From assembly GCF_009834535.1 (NCBI RefSeq), contig NC_045697.1, positions 85,252,001 to 85,316,000 on the forward strand: a DNA stretch of 64,000 nucleotides, in the 5' to 3' direction. The stretch is from Camelus ferus (taxonomy: Eukaryota). The notes under the pieces were generated by a model. It was not told the DNA's origin and searched no databases. It saw only the letters and a program-made list of their open reading frames with translations. Position numbers and translations under genes: made by a program. This document shows positions 39,231 to 52,729 of this stretch, piece by piece (within the stretch, counting starts at the first letter, position 1; each line of letters starts with the position of its first letter).

Positions 39231-40099
39231 TCATAAAAATCCTACGGTGCTGTACGTTGTGATCAAAATCACGATGATGTAAGTACTCCAACAATACAAA
39301 TACTGTATTTTTGTTCCTCTTTTCAACCAAACTACTCAGCCTGGATTCCCAACATTCTTCTAATCATACCTCACGTTTGGCTGAATGGCCAGAAGTTGGC
39401 TGACATACTCAGATAGGAGCTACCCTGTGACAAGCAGACAATCGACAACCTCAAAACAAATGCAGAACTTCCAGAAGACATATAACATTGAATCACCCTG
39501 CTTATCCTAAACTAGAGGGCCAGCGTCAGGAGGAATTGCACTACGACATTTATTTTAGGTGGTATTTTTCCACTAATGTTTACACTAAGTGGTTTCATTT
39601 GGAACCTAAAACAAAATGTTATCATCTGCAAAAGAAAAACATTTGGTTACGAGACTTCTTTGTTCCAAACACCTAAAAGGACTTCCATAAACAATAAAGA
39701 AAAATAAAGGATTTTAAACAATTGGAAACATTTTTTTTTCCAAAAACTAAAACACATTGGAAACCTGGTGCTAAATCAACTTCCCAAACAGCAGAACAGC
39801 TGTAATCACAGAGTAACTGCAGAGAAAGAGAAAAACATCTAAACAAAATGTCCAGTTTAATATCCTACCAATCAGCTTCTTTAAAACCCTTATTTCACTG
39901 AGATCACCATCCTCATGACAAAAGAAAAGGAAAATGTCTGCAAAGTAGGCAAACCCAACGTAGTAAAATAAGTTGTTTCTTGTTTTTTAACCTGTAACTA
40001 TGTATTTTCTAAGAATGCTAGTGGTAAAAATAACTTACACACTCATACAATATGTTTACTGAACATGAATGATATATTAAATGTTGACTACAAAATGAA

Positions 40100-40950
40100 T
40101 CAAACTTTTATCCAATTATATTTCTGTTCTAGATACTGTGCTAAGCCCTGAGGAGCAAAGATTAATAAGACAATGCCCTGTCTTCAAAAGTTCACAATGG
40201 AGACCACCCATCCTCCCCGCCCTTCACTCTCACCCTCCAAGTCCAACCTCAGAAATCTCACCACCTTTCCCCCATACGGCACAGGCCAAACACTAAAAAG
40301 TCATTCTGGATTGTTTTCTACACACAATCCCTCAGTAAGCCCTACACGTGTTAGTTACTCCTAACCTCCAATAAGACACAACCAGAAGCCAACCACTTCC
40401 CACCAACTCCACTGCTGAGGCCCACGTCCAAGCCACCATCCAATCACTCCTCCACCCCAACACAGACTCCTGCCTGGCGCGCCTGCTGCCCCCAGCCTGT
40501 TCTCCGCACAGCAGACACGGCGCTCTTCTCAAGGCACGAAGAGAAGCCCATCATTCTCCAGAGGAAATCCCTTCCACGTCTTCCTCCTGGTGCTGTCATA
40601 AACCTCGTGACCTGACCTCTGACTAACCCGGCCCATCATCCTACATGTAGACATTCTCAGTGAGGAACTCTTCTTCCCTCTTCCCACATTTCCTCATCTT
40701 TCTCCTCCATGAGAGAGATAAATTATAAATACACTCTGGCTTTCCCTCCTTCATGGTTCCTTCTCCTCGGCTGATTGTTAAGACCCTGGCAGTCACTCCT
40801 TTTCACGCCCAGCTCCCTGCCGTGCCCGAAGCAGACCTACCATCAGACCCTGGTGTTCTGTCCAGACAGGCTGCAGACCTGCCTCCCTTGCTCTCCAGTA
40901 TCCTCCTTTCCGATTACACTGCAAACTGAGTCAGGCCACGATTCTCCATG
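40100..40950. mobile_element. L2 fragments
   Basis: ctagatactgtgctaagccctgagg..; ccactgctgaggcccacgtccaagccaccatc..; ctccgcacagcagacacgg. Confidence 0.6.
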
Positions 40951-43053
40951 TAGTTGATGGACAAACATATTCAGAATCTACCTTGCAGACCCAACTCTTG
41001 CCTGCAAAGACCAAGATTTAAGAAGCAGAGTATCAAGTGCCCACTTTGTATACTTCTGGTACAACGGGCAAGATTCCAGACGGAGAGTATAAAGTCCCCA
41101 TGCTGACCTTGGGTGTCAGTCGCATTCTCCAATCTGGCTTGTCTAGAGCCATGAACTTGGAGTTTTTATATGCTCATATAATACATACCTCGTTAATGAG
41201 GTAGATATTTTAATCTTCACCTGGCTCCTGTCTGTTCTTCCTTGGCTAGAACCAAGGAAAGAGAGGGGTTATTAATTAGTACACATTGGCAGTGTGTAAG
41301 TGAAGTGGAGACTGGAGGCTGGGAAGGAAGTTTCCAGAAATAATCCATATATATTTGGACTGTTTTTAAACTCAGTTACAAAAGGGGCCCCAGCTCACCT
41401 GGTATGTACATTAATGTTGAAATAATAATTTACTCTAACTGCGGGAGAGCAACGATTCCTACCAAAACACCTGCAAATATTGTAATTGTGTATTTTCGGT
41501 AGCTACATCTTTGAAAACATGTTATTTACCCAGAGGTACAAAATCTTTTCTGCTGACAAAAATAAATAAAACCCTGATAGTCTGACATTCTACATTTTGT
41601 AATATGCAGCTATCTAGTAAATTGTAATGACTAACTGCCCTGGTAATTCCACTAGCCTCAGATGTAAAAAATGCAGTTTTCCTCATCAATCTTCAAGGGA
41701 ACAGATTTAGAAAAATAAACAAAGGTAAAACTTGTTAAATATTAAATCAGTCTCACACAGGTAAAGCAGACTGCTCTCATCACACTCTGTGTACCCCACA
41801 GTGTGTTACCTCTGGAACCCTTACAAGACCAGAGCTTCTTAAGGCTCCTTAAGGGTAAGAGCATGGCCTTTTTTAAAAAGCAAAGTTTAGACCCCATTTT
41901 GTTTCTTTTTCCCTAATGCTTTTGTATTGAAAGAGATACTCTTCTACTAACTTATAGGTGATATAATAGCAAGAAATCAATTTGTACCCAAGTAAAAGAG
42001 ATCTGATATTTTTTCCTATAAAAACACCAGCCAAAATTGGGGTATTTCACTTGAATCTCCAGTTGTTATCTGGTTCTTTGGGATTCTGCATATGAGTTCA
42101 TAACCAGCTAACAGCAAGAACTGTCCATAGAGGACCACCAGTATTACTGAACTGTGGCATGATATTCTGGTTCAATATACATCAGATCACACCCCTGAAC
42201 ACCCACCTACATCAGCTGAACTGTTCAAAGACTAAGAAGCAGACATGAACTCAGCATGAGTGGGAGAGAAAAAAAAAGAAAGGGTTGAAACCTTTATGAT
42301 CTCAGAATAAATGCAAAGTTCAGGAATAAATGGCACTACTGGAAATATCAGTACAATGCAGCAGGCAATGCAAGAGGACGCCTTGGGAAAAGAAGGCAAG
42401 ACGCATGGCCAACAGAGCAGAGCTGTTTGCAGGATTCCAGAAGACACCGGATTCATCGAGAGCCACTCTGGAATGCCTGAATAACAGGCTGAGCAGGTGG
42501 CAATAAAATCTCTGTTGCATTCTATAGGTACAAAACTTAACAGTATGTGCTAGAGTAAGAGCCAGTGCCTGGAGAGGAGGCATCTGAACTGTGGTTTGAA
42601 ATACCAAAGAAAATATTATTTGCGGACCTAAAAACAAAAATTATTTGAGAGTTTTAGCAACAGTACATGAATGGATTTTGGTCTTAGAGCAAGTCTGAGC
42701 TGGTAGAGCATGGAAAGAAACATATCTCAGGCTCCAAATCACCTGGGAAAAAGTAGGCAAAAAGACTTCTGATTAAGGGAGGAATAGAATACAATACAAA
42801 CAACTGGGCACATGCCATCAAATTATCAACGGGAAGTATTTACAGTCGAGCACTGGTTTCCAAACTCATGCTCTGTAATTGGCCCGAGGTCTGAGAAATC
42901 CAGAATTCTTCTGCTAATGCACTTAACTTTAAAAGAAAAGCAAAACTCTGAGGTTATCAAGAAGCCTTAAGGACAGATAAGATGAGTTTTTTCAGATTCC
43001 AATCTCAATCCTGGTGGCCAACACAGAAAGAGGCCGAGGTGCTGGTCAGTGCT

Positions 43054-43072
43054 GCACCTCTAGGGGGAGAGG
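43054..43072 (+). promoter_or_regulatory. Candidate CTCF-like site
   Basis: GCACCTCTAGGGGGAGAG resembles the CTCF core CCxCxAGGGGGCGC and sits in a locally GC/CpG-rich stretch. Motif resemblance only. Confidence 0.3.
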
Positions 43073-44761
43073 AAGGTGGCAGCAGACGATGTCAGTGCTC
43101 CCCGCCAGACCCCTCAGATGCCTTTATGCCCTGTCCCAAACTAGCAGGGACGTACGCACACCAGCGGGCTCCATCCTAACTGGTACCTCCCAGGTGTCCG
43201 GTGTGAACGGGCTACCTAGGGGCTCGTGGCCCTGTCCATCAGAACTGCAGGCACCGCAAGCCAAGTGCAAATACAAACTGAGAAAGAGCTGTGCCACGTG
43301 CTCTCTCACAGGGCACCCTTTTCCCGAGACTACCACAGGACCTGGGTCGTGTTCCATAACCACACATAGGTAACCACTGGCTTGAGGACAAGCGCTACCC
43401 GTTTGAGAGCTGCCGGTGGCTGGCTCTGGAGCTGTGGGGCATTTAGAAAGGACTTAAATAACCAGTCCTCATTTCCCCACCAGAGGAGGGAAGGCTCATT
43501 ACCTCCCTCTGAGAGGGCTCGAAGGGCCCCAGAGCGGAGGCCTATGGTAGGACCAGTCACTCTCCTTTCTTTGTGCTCCTTCTGTACCCTGGCACCTCCA
43601 AGGCTAAAGTAATAAAAATGGACTTCAATAATGTAGCTCAAGGCTGGGAAGCAGCTCTCTCATCATAAGGAAGAGGACTGAAGGCGGCAGGCAGTAAACC
43701 TTTGCAGTTCAAAAAATGTTGATCGCTTTTCAAATGCTGCCCCGGCAAGCCACCCACCAGTGAGGGAGCCTCTCCCCTGCCGTGCTGAGCAGCACAACTG
43801 GACAGAGCAGAGAATGGCAGACCATCCACCCTGAAGGGCCAGACTCAGAGATGGAAGAACGACAGAGTAGGGGGAAAGGTGCGTGAACTAACGGGTTACA
43901 GGAATCTTAGGTGAAAAGAGCAGGCTTGAAGGGGACAGACAGGGAGAGTCTGCACCAGTATCCTTTGAATTGTGTCAAAAGTACAAATACTGCTTATTCA
44001 AAACACAAGCATAAAATAAGGAGTAAGATAAAATAAGAACGTCCATCGTCATGTGACTGTAACAGTACCCGAACACAGAATGCATAGAATCAATAGCTCT
44101 TTGGGTGGCAAAGCGAGAGGACTGAGAATGCTAATGTGCAACAATAATACTGTAAGCACATCAAGGAACCATGAGAATACATAGTGCAAAACGAGATGAT
44201 CTGCTGCAGCTCTGTCAGCCTCCTTAAGTTTCCTAGATGCAAGTCTTTTTTTCAAAATAAAAATTATAATCATCATCTGCTCAGCAATGCATCATAACCA
44301 GCTGGGCAAGACAGTAATCTGACCACTAAAATTTTCAGAGAGAACAGAGCAAATATCAAAAGTCATTAACAACCACCTAGATAATTGCTGTTTTTATCAT
44401 TTATGACTTATTTAGGTTATCTTTTTCTGTCACATAAATGTTTCATTTTTGAAAACCTTCACAGTAAAAAAAAAATTAACTGCTGAGAAAATTAAGACCT
44501 TACAGAAAAATAGTGAAAGCCATTAAAAATACTTTTAGGTTTATAAAAGTAAACAATTCAAACAGCATGTTAAATTAAGGCAAATCAATGACATTTTCTA
44601 CTTAAATCATAATGAAGACTGTATTATGAATTTCTATTTCCCATCACCTGTACTGCAGAAATCTTTTAAGAATCTCTTCTTAAGCAACCCCACTCCTACG
44701 TCCAGCAGTTTCAGCAATACAACGATGCTCAAAAATGTTATCTCGCTTGCAGGTAATACAT

Positions 44762-45145
44762 TAAGATGTGTTTTATGTGTCAATTTGGCCAGATGGTAGG
44801 CCAGTATTTAATCAAATGCTGATCTAGGTTTTGCTGTGAAGGTGTTTTGTAGATGTGGCTAACATCTACTATCAGTTGACTTTAAATAAAGGAGATTACT
44901 GCCAATCCTGTGTGTGGCTCTCATCCAATCAAGAGGCCTTAATTGCAAAAACTGAGGTTTGCCAGAGGAGATCTGCCTCAGGACTGAAACATTTATTTCT
45001 GAGTTTCCAGCCTACAGATTCCCACCCACCACCCACACAGTCATGAGAGCCAATGCCTTGAAACACATATATACACACACACATATATATCATATGCATA
45101 TATATCATCCATTGGTTCTGTTTCTCTGGAGACCCTAACTGAAAA
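44762..45145 (+). mobile_element. MLT2 (ERVL) solo LTR, internally deleted, with (CA)/(TA) repeats
   Basis: ttttatgtgtcaatttggccag..gctgtgaaggtgttttgtagatgtgg..attggttctgtttctctggagaccctaact. Confidence 0.8.
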
Positions 45146-45927
45146 GTACATATTCAGAGAAACATTTTATGTGTCATTCTCTGTTCCAGTATTTTATCCC
45201 TTTCTGATTTTACAATCCTACTTCTCTCAGCCCCACCTACACATATCTCACTACCACCCTCCTCATAAACCACCAAATAAAACTCTTGGGGCCAAGTTTT
45301 CTTTTGCAAGTTCTTGTTTCAACAGTATCTGTACCTCTGCTTTTCCATCTCTCAGGCCCTTTCTTCTTTTAAAGGTTAGAAAAGAAGAGTAATGAAAATG
45401 GTTGGCATAAACTAGGATGAAAATTCTCATGCTCTACAGATGCACATTTGCATATACAAATTCCTGCATTAGAGAGATTTTTAGATTATAAAAGACTACC
45501 TATGGTGTCACAGCTCTTTAAATATATTTTTTTAAAGGTAAAGTACATTTTAAGCTGGGATTTTCATTCCAACACGGAGCTCTATGCAATTAGAACTACA
45601 ACTGGGAAATAAAAGTTAAAGGAAAAGTGGAATTTCATTTACAGAAATCAAATTCTAAATCCATAAAGACAATATGCTTATTTTGAAATCCAAACATCCA
45701 CATGCACGAAAAACTTCTTTTCAGTGATGAACTATATAAACTGCAGGGTTTTAAAATAATTGTCTAGTAAGGTATTTCAATAGTATTTTTTTAAATGCTA
45801 AACTTTCAAGGTACTTAGATTCCTTAAAATCGGAACGTTTCAATGCCTAGTCAACTGGAATCACTATCTATTAACTTAGCCTTATAAATGCAATTAAACA
45901 TATTTTAAATATTTAAAACAACAGTCA

Positions 45928-46050
<123 letters not shown>

Positions 46051-46536
46051 TTAGTACAATAATCAAGTTACTAAAATAAACTATTATTACTCCCTGGAAA
46101 AATTTTTTTCTTCAAATCTTCATGCCCAATGATTGAGATACATTTAAAACATTAACTAATTTACCCAACACAAAGTATTTACATATTTAAAATGCAACTT
46201 AATCAACTTCCGGTTGAACAGCCTGAATCCCCAACACAGGAGCCAACATAAAAGGGTTAAACTGCTCAACATTTAAATTCTGACAAGGTTCTGAACATCA
46301 TATGTTTCAAACCTCTGCAGCCCCTGGCACATGGTGTTAAAATGACAAGCACTGAGTCCTGCCTGACTTGAGAGACAAGCCCACCAGGCAGAAAATCACC
46401 TGGTTTCCATAAAAATCATAAATTCATCCCAATTATGAACAAGAAAGAAGTAGGTCTGCCATTCTCAGAGGAAGACTGTTCATAAATAAAGTTTAAATTC
46501 TCCTGCCAGTCTTTCAAAGGGGGCACATGACAAATC

Positions 46537-46690
46537 GAGGTTTCTCAAAGTGCGTGCTTGGAATCACCAGCGTGAGATCCACCAGCGGCGCTTGTTTCAA
46601 ATTCGGAGTCCTGTACTTATTAAAATCAGACTCTCTGGGAGTGGGATGTGGGGAGCTGCATTTGGGCAAGTTCCCAGGTGAGAACCGCTG
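46537..46690. mobile_element. MER5-like hAT-Charlie MITE
   Basis: ggtttctcaaagtg..aatcagactctctgggagtggga..ctgcattt..caagttcccaggtgagaaccgctg. Confidence 0.7.
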
Positions 46691-48344
46691 GTGCATACCA
46701 GGAGCGGCTGGCCCCTGCAGGGAGGGGCCTATGGGTAAGCAACACTGTTTTCTCAACTAAGGCAACCAAAGCAGAGACTGGAGAGGCAGAGGGAGTGGGG
46801 CCAGGCTTGTGCAGCCAGATGTTCTGTAGAAATGTACGCAGAGAGGAGATAGGGTCGCTCATGCCTTTGAGAGCCTCCTCCAAACCTGCCTGTGACCATT
46901 CCACAGTAGAGCCCTTCCCTTCACAAGGAGGTGGAGGGAAAAAACCCAACAAAATATCCAGGGGAACTTCTGAAGAACATTATTTGGGGGGAAAATAACC
47001 ACCAAAACAATGTTTCAAGGAATATAAATTACTTAATGAACAACAGAAAACCTAACTCCTGGCAATAGTCAAATGTTAAAGCTTAAAGGCATTACAACTA
47101 GTTAATGCAACCTCCCATTGTACAGATAAAGAAAAGAAGTTCTGAGAAGTCACAAATAATGGCAGAGCCGAGAAGACCTGTTCTTTACTGTTACCTGGGG
47201 GACAGTAAATAGCTACAGAGATCCCTGAAATCAAGACTATAATCCTCAATCACTCAAGCACCAGTACACCAAAGAAACAGGGAGACTGCTGTTTATAACA
47301 TGGAGTTACTGATACTGATAATGTTTATCGAGCACATTTCAGACAGGCTGGGGACCGCTCTGCTTCTCAGTCCTTCCATGCTGAAACTGGCACACAGCAT
47401 CCCCTCTCCGGCAGACACAACAGCCCCACAGATGATTATCTTTAAAAGGTCATCACTTCTTCCTTCAACATGGGACCTCACTGGTATTAATGTCACTTAA
47501 GAAAAGCTGTATAAGAAATGAAAGAAGAGGGGAGGGAAATTAACAGGGACTCAATTACTATGTGCCACACACCAAATAACCCAATGTGGGAATCCCCCAT
47601 TTAACAGTAAATAAACTGAGACTCAAGAGTTGAAACAATTTGCTTGATGATGGTCTATCACCCAGCAAAGATCAGAGAAAGGGCTGGAAACCAGTGGCTT
47701 ATTGTGAGTAGAGAGCTCAGGCCGTGTCCACTTAACCACGTCACCACTCAGAACCCTGACAAGTAACAGAACGACCTGGTGCCCAGGAGGCTGGGGCCTC
47801 TCTGCCAACTTCCCACTGACCACGTTTAGCAATTACTCAGGCTGTGCCGTGCCCACAATGCACTGACTGCTGAATTGAATGAAGAAACTGATGTTAAATC
47901 CAGTCCAGAAGAAGACCAAAAAATAAAGCATGTTCTTGTTAATAAATTTGAGGATTTGGCATTAAGGCATATATAGTTCAACTTTTCACTCCACTTTCTC
48001 ATGAATTTAGCCTTTGTCAACTAATGCAGAAGGTAATCATCTCAGTACACACAACCCACTGCAACTGATCTACCCATGCCAGTCAGTCCTTCTCTGCAGT
48101 ACACATTTGGAGGAAATAGAAAATTGAATCGATCAATTCAGCAGTGTTCACAGGACTGAAAAGGAAGGAATGGAAACCCAAATAAATGCACTGGGATCAG
48201 GGAAAAAAGCCTCGTTGGATGCAGGCCTAGTAAGATTATTAAAGGATATACAGCTTTGAAAATTCAAAATAAGAATCAGAACTGAGACCTTAAAGCCCTG
48301 CTATTAATAGAAAGCAATCACTCTATCATAAACGCAAACTACCA

Positions 48345-48792
48345 AACTGTAATAAATACGGCTTTTGATTTTTGTCCTCAGCCCATGGTAAGAAATATAT
48401 ATTGCATCGCAGCCTAGCATATTCACATAGATACAGTTGACCCTTAAACAACACGGGTTTGAACTATGTGGGTCCACTTATATGCAGGTATTTTAACTAC
48501 ACCACCCTGGTGGGTTGACTGCAGGGATGTGGAAGAATTGAAAATACTGAGAGCCAACTATAAATTATGCATGGATTAACCCCCACTATGTTCAAAGGTC
48601 AGCTGTCCTCAGAAACATACACATATAAAACTAAAATGTAAATTTGTTTAAATTATCCTACACTTACTCTGTACATGTATTCGATATTTTCTACTCTATT
48701 TTACTTTACTTTTAAAAAGATACTAGTTTTGACCCAATAAAGTTAATTTCACAACTTACCAATGGGTTGCAATTCAGTTTGAAAAACACTGA
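48345..48792. mobile_element. hAT-Charlie-type non-autonomous element (MER112/Charlie4-like) interrupted by a Tigger MITE
   Basis: Ends aatgggttgcaattcagtttgaaaaacactg; left part cagcccatggtaagaaatatatattgcatcgcagcc. Confidence 0.55.
48434..48605. mobile_element. Tigger2/MER8-like TcMar MITE (172 bp)
   Basis: Terminal inverted repeats CAGTTGACCCTTAAACA...TGTTCAAAGGTCAGCTG, preceded by TA. Confidence 0.85.
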
Positions 48793-48827
48793 CACTACAA
48801 CATAGGAAGAAGGGTCTGGCTGAGTTA

Positions 48828-48955
48828 GGGGAGGGTATAGCTCAGTGCTAGAGCATATGCTTAGCATGCGCAAGGTCCTGGGTTCAATCCCCCGTACCTC
48901 CACCAAATAGATAAATAAATCTAATTATCTCCTCCCTCCAAAAAATAAAAACAAA
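48828..48955 (+). mobile_element. Camelid Vic-1-type tRNA-Ala(AGC)-derived SINE
   Basis: GGGGAGGGTATAGCTCAGTGCTAGAGC..TTAGCAT..GGTTCAATCCCCCGTACCTCCA, then an AATAGATAAATAAATCTAATTATCTCCTCCC tail and an A-rich end. Confidence 0.9.
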
Positions 48956-50269
48956 GAATACAGAGGAGGTAATTTTATAAGTATATTTAGCCCTCTGGAT
49001 TTGGTAAAACTGCCTTCCTTGGCAGTACATTGGAAAGTATACTAGTGAGTGTATTAAAATGATGTGATCAAATAAACTTGGGTTTCTGTGGATGCAAGAT
49101 TATAAAAATATAGTGAACTCTTAATTATCCACACAATTGTGGTAAGAAAAAGTGCAGATAATTAAAATAATTTATATGTGGTGTTTGATGAAGATTTTAT
49201 AACTTACTAGACCCACTCCCACTTGGAAGCCTTCCTCTAAGGACCCCAGCACCTGCCACCTACTCCCTTCTACAACTCTTTATTCATTGTTGTTTCTACT
49301 ACACAAACAGCACTTTCTTACAATCATAATTTTAATATATCCATTGCTTTATTCACTAACCATTTCTATGGAATGCCTAACCTAAGGAAACCTCTCCGAT
49401 TTCAGCAAGCTTCAAATCTGCTTGCGTAACACACCTACGAAAGGAAGATTTAGGGCACTCACCCCACATTATGTGTTACTTTTTTCTTTTAGTTGAACCA
49501 CATGAAACTGCCAATATCTGACCATTTTTGACCTACAAAAATGAAAATTTTTTCATAGGATTCATTAAAATATACATATACATGTGCACGAGCATATTAA
49601 ACACTCGAGGTGAGGTTCATAATTAATGACAGGAAGGAAACCAACATTTCGAACTATCTTCTTGAAAACCCCAAATTTTCCAGCTGACTTCCTGTCGTCA
49701 TCGGTTTTACTTTCTGTGCTTTAGCAGCAGGAAAGCTCTCAGGTCTACCACCTTCTTGCTGTTCACGTGTGTCTGCATCACTAATACTACCTTCAGTCTG
49801 CAACTTCATTGCAAGAAACCTTCCTAGAATTCTTCACTTTAACTAAAGAGTTACTATGTCAAATGCCTAGAAGGTTAGGGAGGAAAGCAACACAACATCA
49901 GACAACAAACATGTCAAGGACACACTGACAACTCAAATTTGTATGTGAAATCACTACTATTCTATACTGACAACGAATTTCATGTTTTCAAAATTCTGTG
50001 CAGATCAAATAAAATGTGACCATAGGACAAATTCAACCTGTAGACCCCAAACTGTCCAAGTCAAACTCAACTCTCAGACTGGCTCAATCCCGAGCCTACC
50101 ATGGCACTTCTTTACTGTCCCTGAACAAAGCAGAATTTGGGACCCACTGGACTAGACAATAACTTTTAATAAAAAATGTACGACTACAAACATGTGGGCC
50201 ATTGTCTCTCACTGCGATAAATACTATTAGCAAGAAGTTGAAAGCAAGATTTACTGAAGATGTCTCTCT

Positions 50270-50450
50270 TAACATAGTGGTAAAAGCACTAGCTGAGGCC
50301 TCCAGAGACCTGGATCCGAATCCTTGCTCTGCCACTAAGTATCTGTGACACATTAGGATGTCACCAACTTCTGAGCTTCAGTTCCCTCACCTATAAAACT
50401 TAGGAACTTGGATTAGCTGATTTCTAAGATTCCTTCCAGGTCTCAACTCC
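50270..50450 (+). mobile_element. MIR SINE
   Basis: atagtggtaaaagcac..gacctggatccgaatccttgctctgccacta..ctgagcttcagttccctcacctataaaa. Confidence 0.8.
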
Positions 50451-50459
50451 TATTAGAAA

Positions 50460-51800
50460 GAGCTTCCACAGACCAAATTTAGAACAATTTGAGAATCAGA
50501 GAAAATAAGAGTGTAATTGATTAAAACACTTAAACAAATTCTGAAGTCCATAGTGACTGCTGGAGAGGAAAAAAAAGAATTTTTTAAAAGCCTCATTTGC
50601 CATCATTAAAGATTACTAAAATTAATGAAGAGAGAAAACCAAGCATTTTGTCCTACTTTTTCAATAATAACGCAAGATCAGACTAAGCAGACAGTAGCAG
50701 ATGATTAAGGAAACTCTTCTTTACAGAGGAATGCTAACTTATAAATAAAGGAGGAATAGTCAAGGGAATCATCATTTGGAAATCCCTAATAATATAGCTG
50801 ATTCAGGCAAGGATCATCAATGGATGATCCTTAAAACCATTAGGCCAAAGGTTGATAGTAAAATAGATACTAGCTCACAGGTTACTGGTTAAGCACAAAG
50901 TACATTTACAGTGGAAAAATTACATGAACCCAGTGTTGGCATTACTAAGGGGAAAACTAGATATTACATACCCTTTGCTCTAAAGCAGTGTGAAGTTAAC
51001 CATTCCAGCCCTTCATCCTTCAGCATCCACCAGAGGGATGTGATGGGGGTGTTTGCCGAACTCTCCAGGCACCTCTAGAGGTGAACGGGCAGGTGAACAT
51101 AGGGAGCCCTCTCCACGCTGTCCTGTCTCTCACCCAGCACCTGGGCAGGTCCTGCTACCAAGGAGGAGAGCACACGGATACAACACGTAAGAGAGGGAGG
51201 TGGATGCTTCCTAGGTGCCATCCTGCCTCCCGCTGCCAAAACCGCACGATGTTCTGCAATGTACAAAGTATCCTGAGGGTGGGGAGAAGTGTGTACTATG
51301 CAATGTCGGTGTGTTTTTAAAAAAGTAAAATAATCTGTATCTAACTCTCAGGTTAGAAGAAATACAGAAGATAAGAAACACATAAAATGATGTGCCTTGG
51401 GTAAACAATCAGATAAATTCAGATTGTGAGATACTCTACAATTAACCTGATGTCTTCAGAAAGTAACTACTATTTAAAAAGAGAGAATGAAGAGAGAGAG
51501 ATACTAGGAAGAGGAAGACTGTTAGAAGCAATTTAATAGACACAACCAAGTGTAATAGGTGGTCCTTGAGGATCCTGGTTCAAAAATAAACAGCTATGAA
51601 AACATTTTGGAGGCAATTGGAGTAATTTGAAAGTGGGCGAGAATTAGAAGATATTAGAAAATCATTTATTTTTGTTGGATGTTACAATGATAGTATGGCT
51701 ATTTAGGAGAATGTCCTTATGCTGAAATATGGAACAATAAATCATCATAATGTCTGTAATTTACTTTGAAATGGTTCAGGAAATAAAAATATATATACAC
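50460..51800 (+). mobile_element. Old L1ME-like 3' fragments (interrupted at ~51000-51330)
   Basis: ctgattcaggcaaggatcatcaatggatg; gatcctggttcaaaaataaacagctatgaaaacattttggaggcaattgg..ttactttgaaatggttcagg. Confidence 0.6.
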
Positions 51801-52009
51801 AGAGATGAAATAAATTTTATTAAAGTGAATCAATCTGCAGTTGAATCATTTGTATGTGAAATAATGATGTTTTTCACAGAAGGAGTGTAGAGTCCCCACT
51901 TAGAACATAATTATATTTCAGTATTAAACTACTGTGCATGTGTGTGCCCTTGCAGTACAATAGGGCCATCAATAAAGTTCATTGCTAAAAAGTTCAATAC
52001 GAAAAATAT

Positions 52010-52460
52010 CCAATCTTCTTTCCCTTCTATGACTGCCTAGGTACAGACAAGTTGCCTCCCTATACGCATTCTCCTTAGCAGCACAACGCTGACCTTGTTG
52101 AGAGTACTCATGTATCCAGGTAGAAAAACTACATTTACCAGTCCCCCAGTTAGATAGAGAGGAGAGCTAACAACCTAGAAGCTAGAAATCATTGTAAGAA
52201 CCTACCACAAAGGCTCTTAAATGAGAGCTAAGTCAGCTGCAGGTTACTTCCTCTTTCTCCACTCCTGGAATAAGAGCATGATAGATGGGGCTAAAGCAGC
52301 CATTTTGAGGCCAAGAGAATTGCAAAGACTTCCACCCTGACATTATGAGTCACTGAACTGACAGCAGCAAATGCCCACCTTGTTATAGGGAGAATACCTA
52401 GAGGTTTAGATAGCTGCAGTTGTCTCTGTTGCTCTGAGCTGATACAGCTAACATCAAGCA
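52010..52460 (+). mobile_element. Old MaLR (MLT1J/K-like) LTR followed by an A-rich tract
   Basis: ctcctggaataagagcatgatagatggggctaaagcagccattttg..ctgagctgatacagctaac. Confidence 0.45.
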
Positions 52461-52729
52461 AAAAAAAAAAAAAAAAAAAAAAGAAAGAAAGAAAATGCAC
52501 TAGTGCCCAGAATATATCAAAATTATTCTTTATGAATTGCATCAGTTATAAAATAAATATGAATTGTGAAATGGAGGAAAGTTGTGACAGAGAAGTGATT
52601 CTGGGATACAGTGACCTGAATGTGATACTTTTTCCTTTAACCCCAGCTCTAAGCTACTTGCTTCTCGTGAGCAAAACAACTACTGCTAGCATGTACAGGC
52701 AACTGCCTATGAGTGAAGCCTTAAGTTCT

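Noticed and set aside
48828..48905. Functional tRNA-Ala(AGC) gene
   Set aside because: The D-loop GG is mutated to GC and there are mismatches in the acceptor, anticodon and T stems. It carries a SINE tail. The copy at 31682 is likewise a SINE with a TSD.
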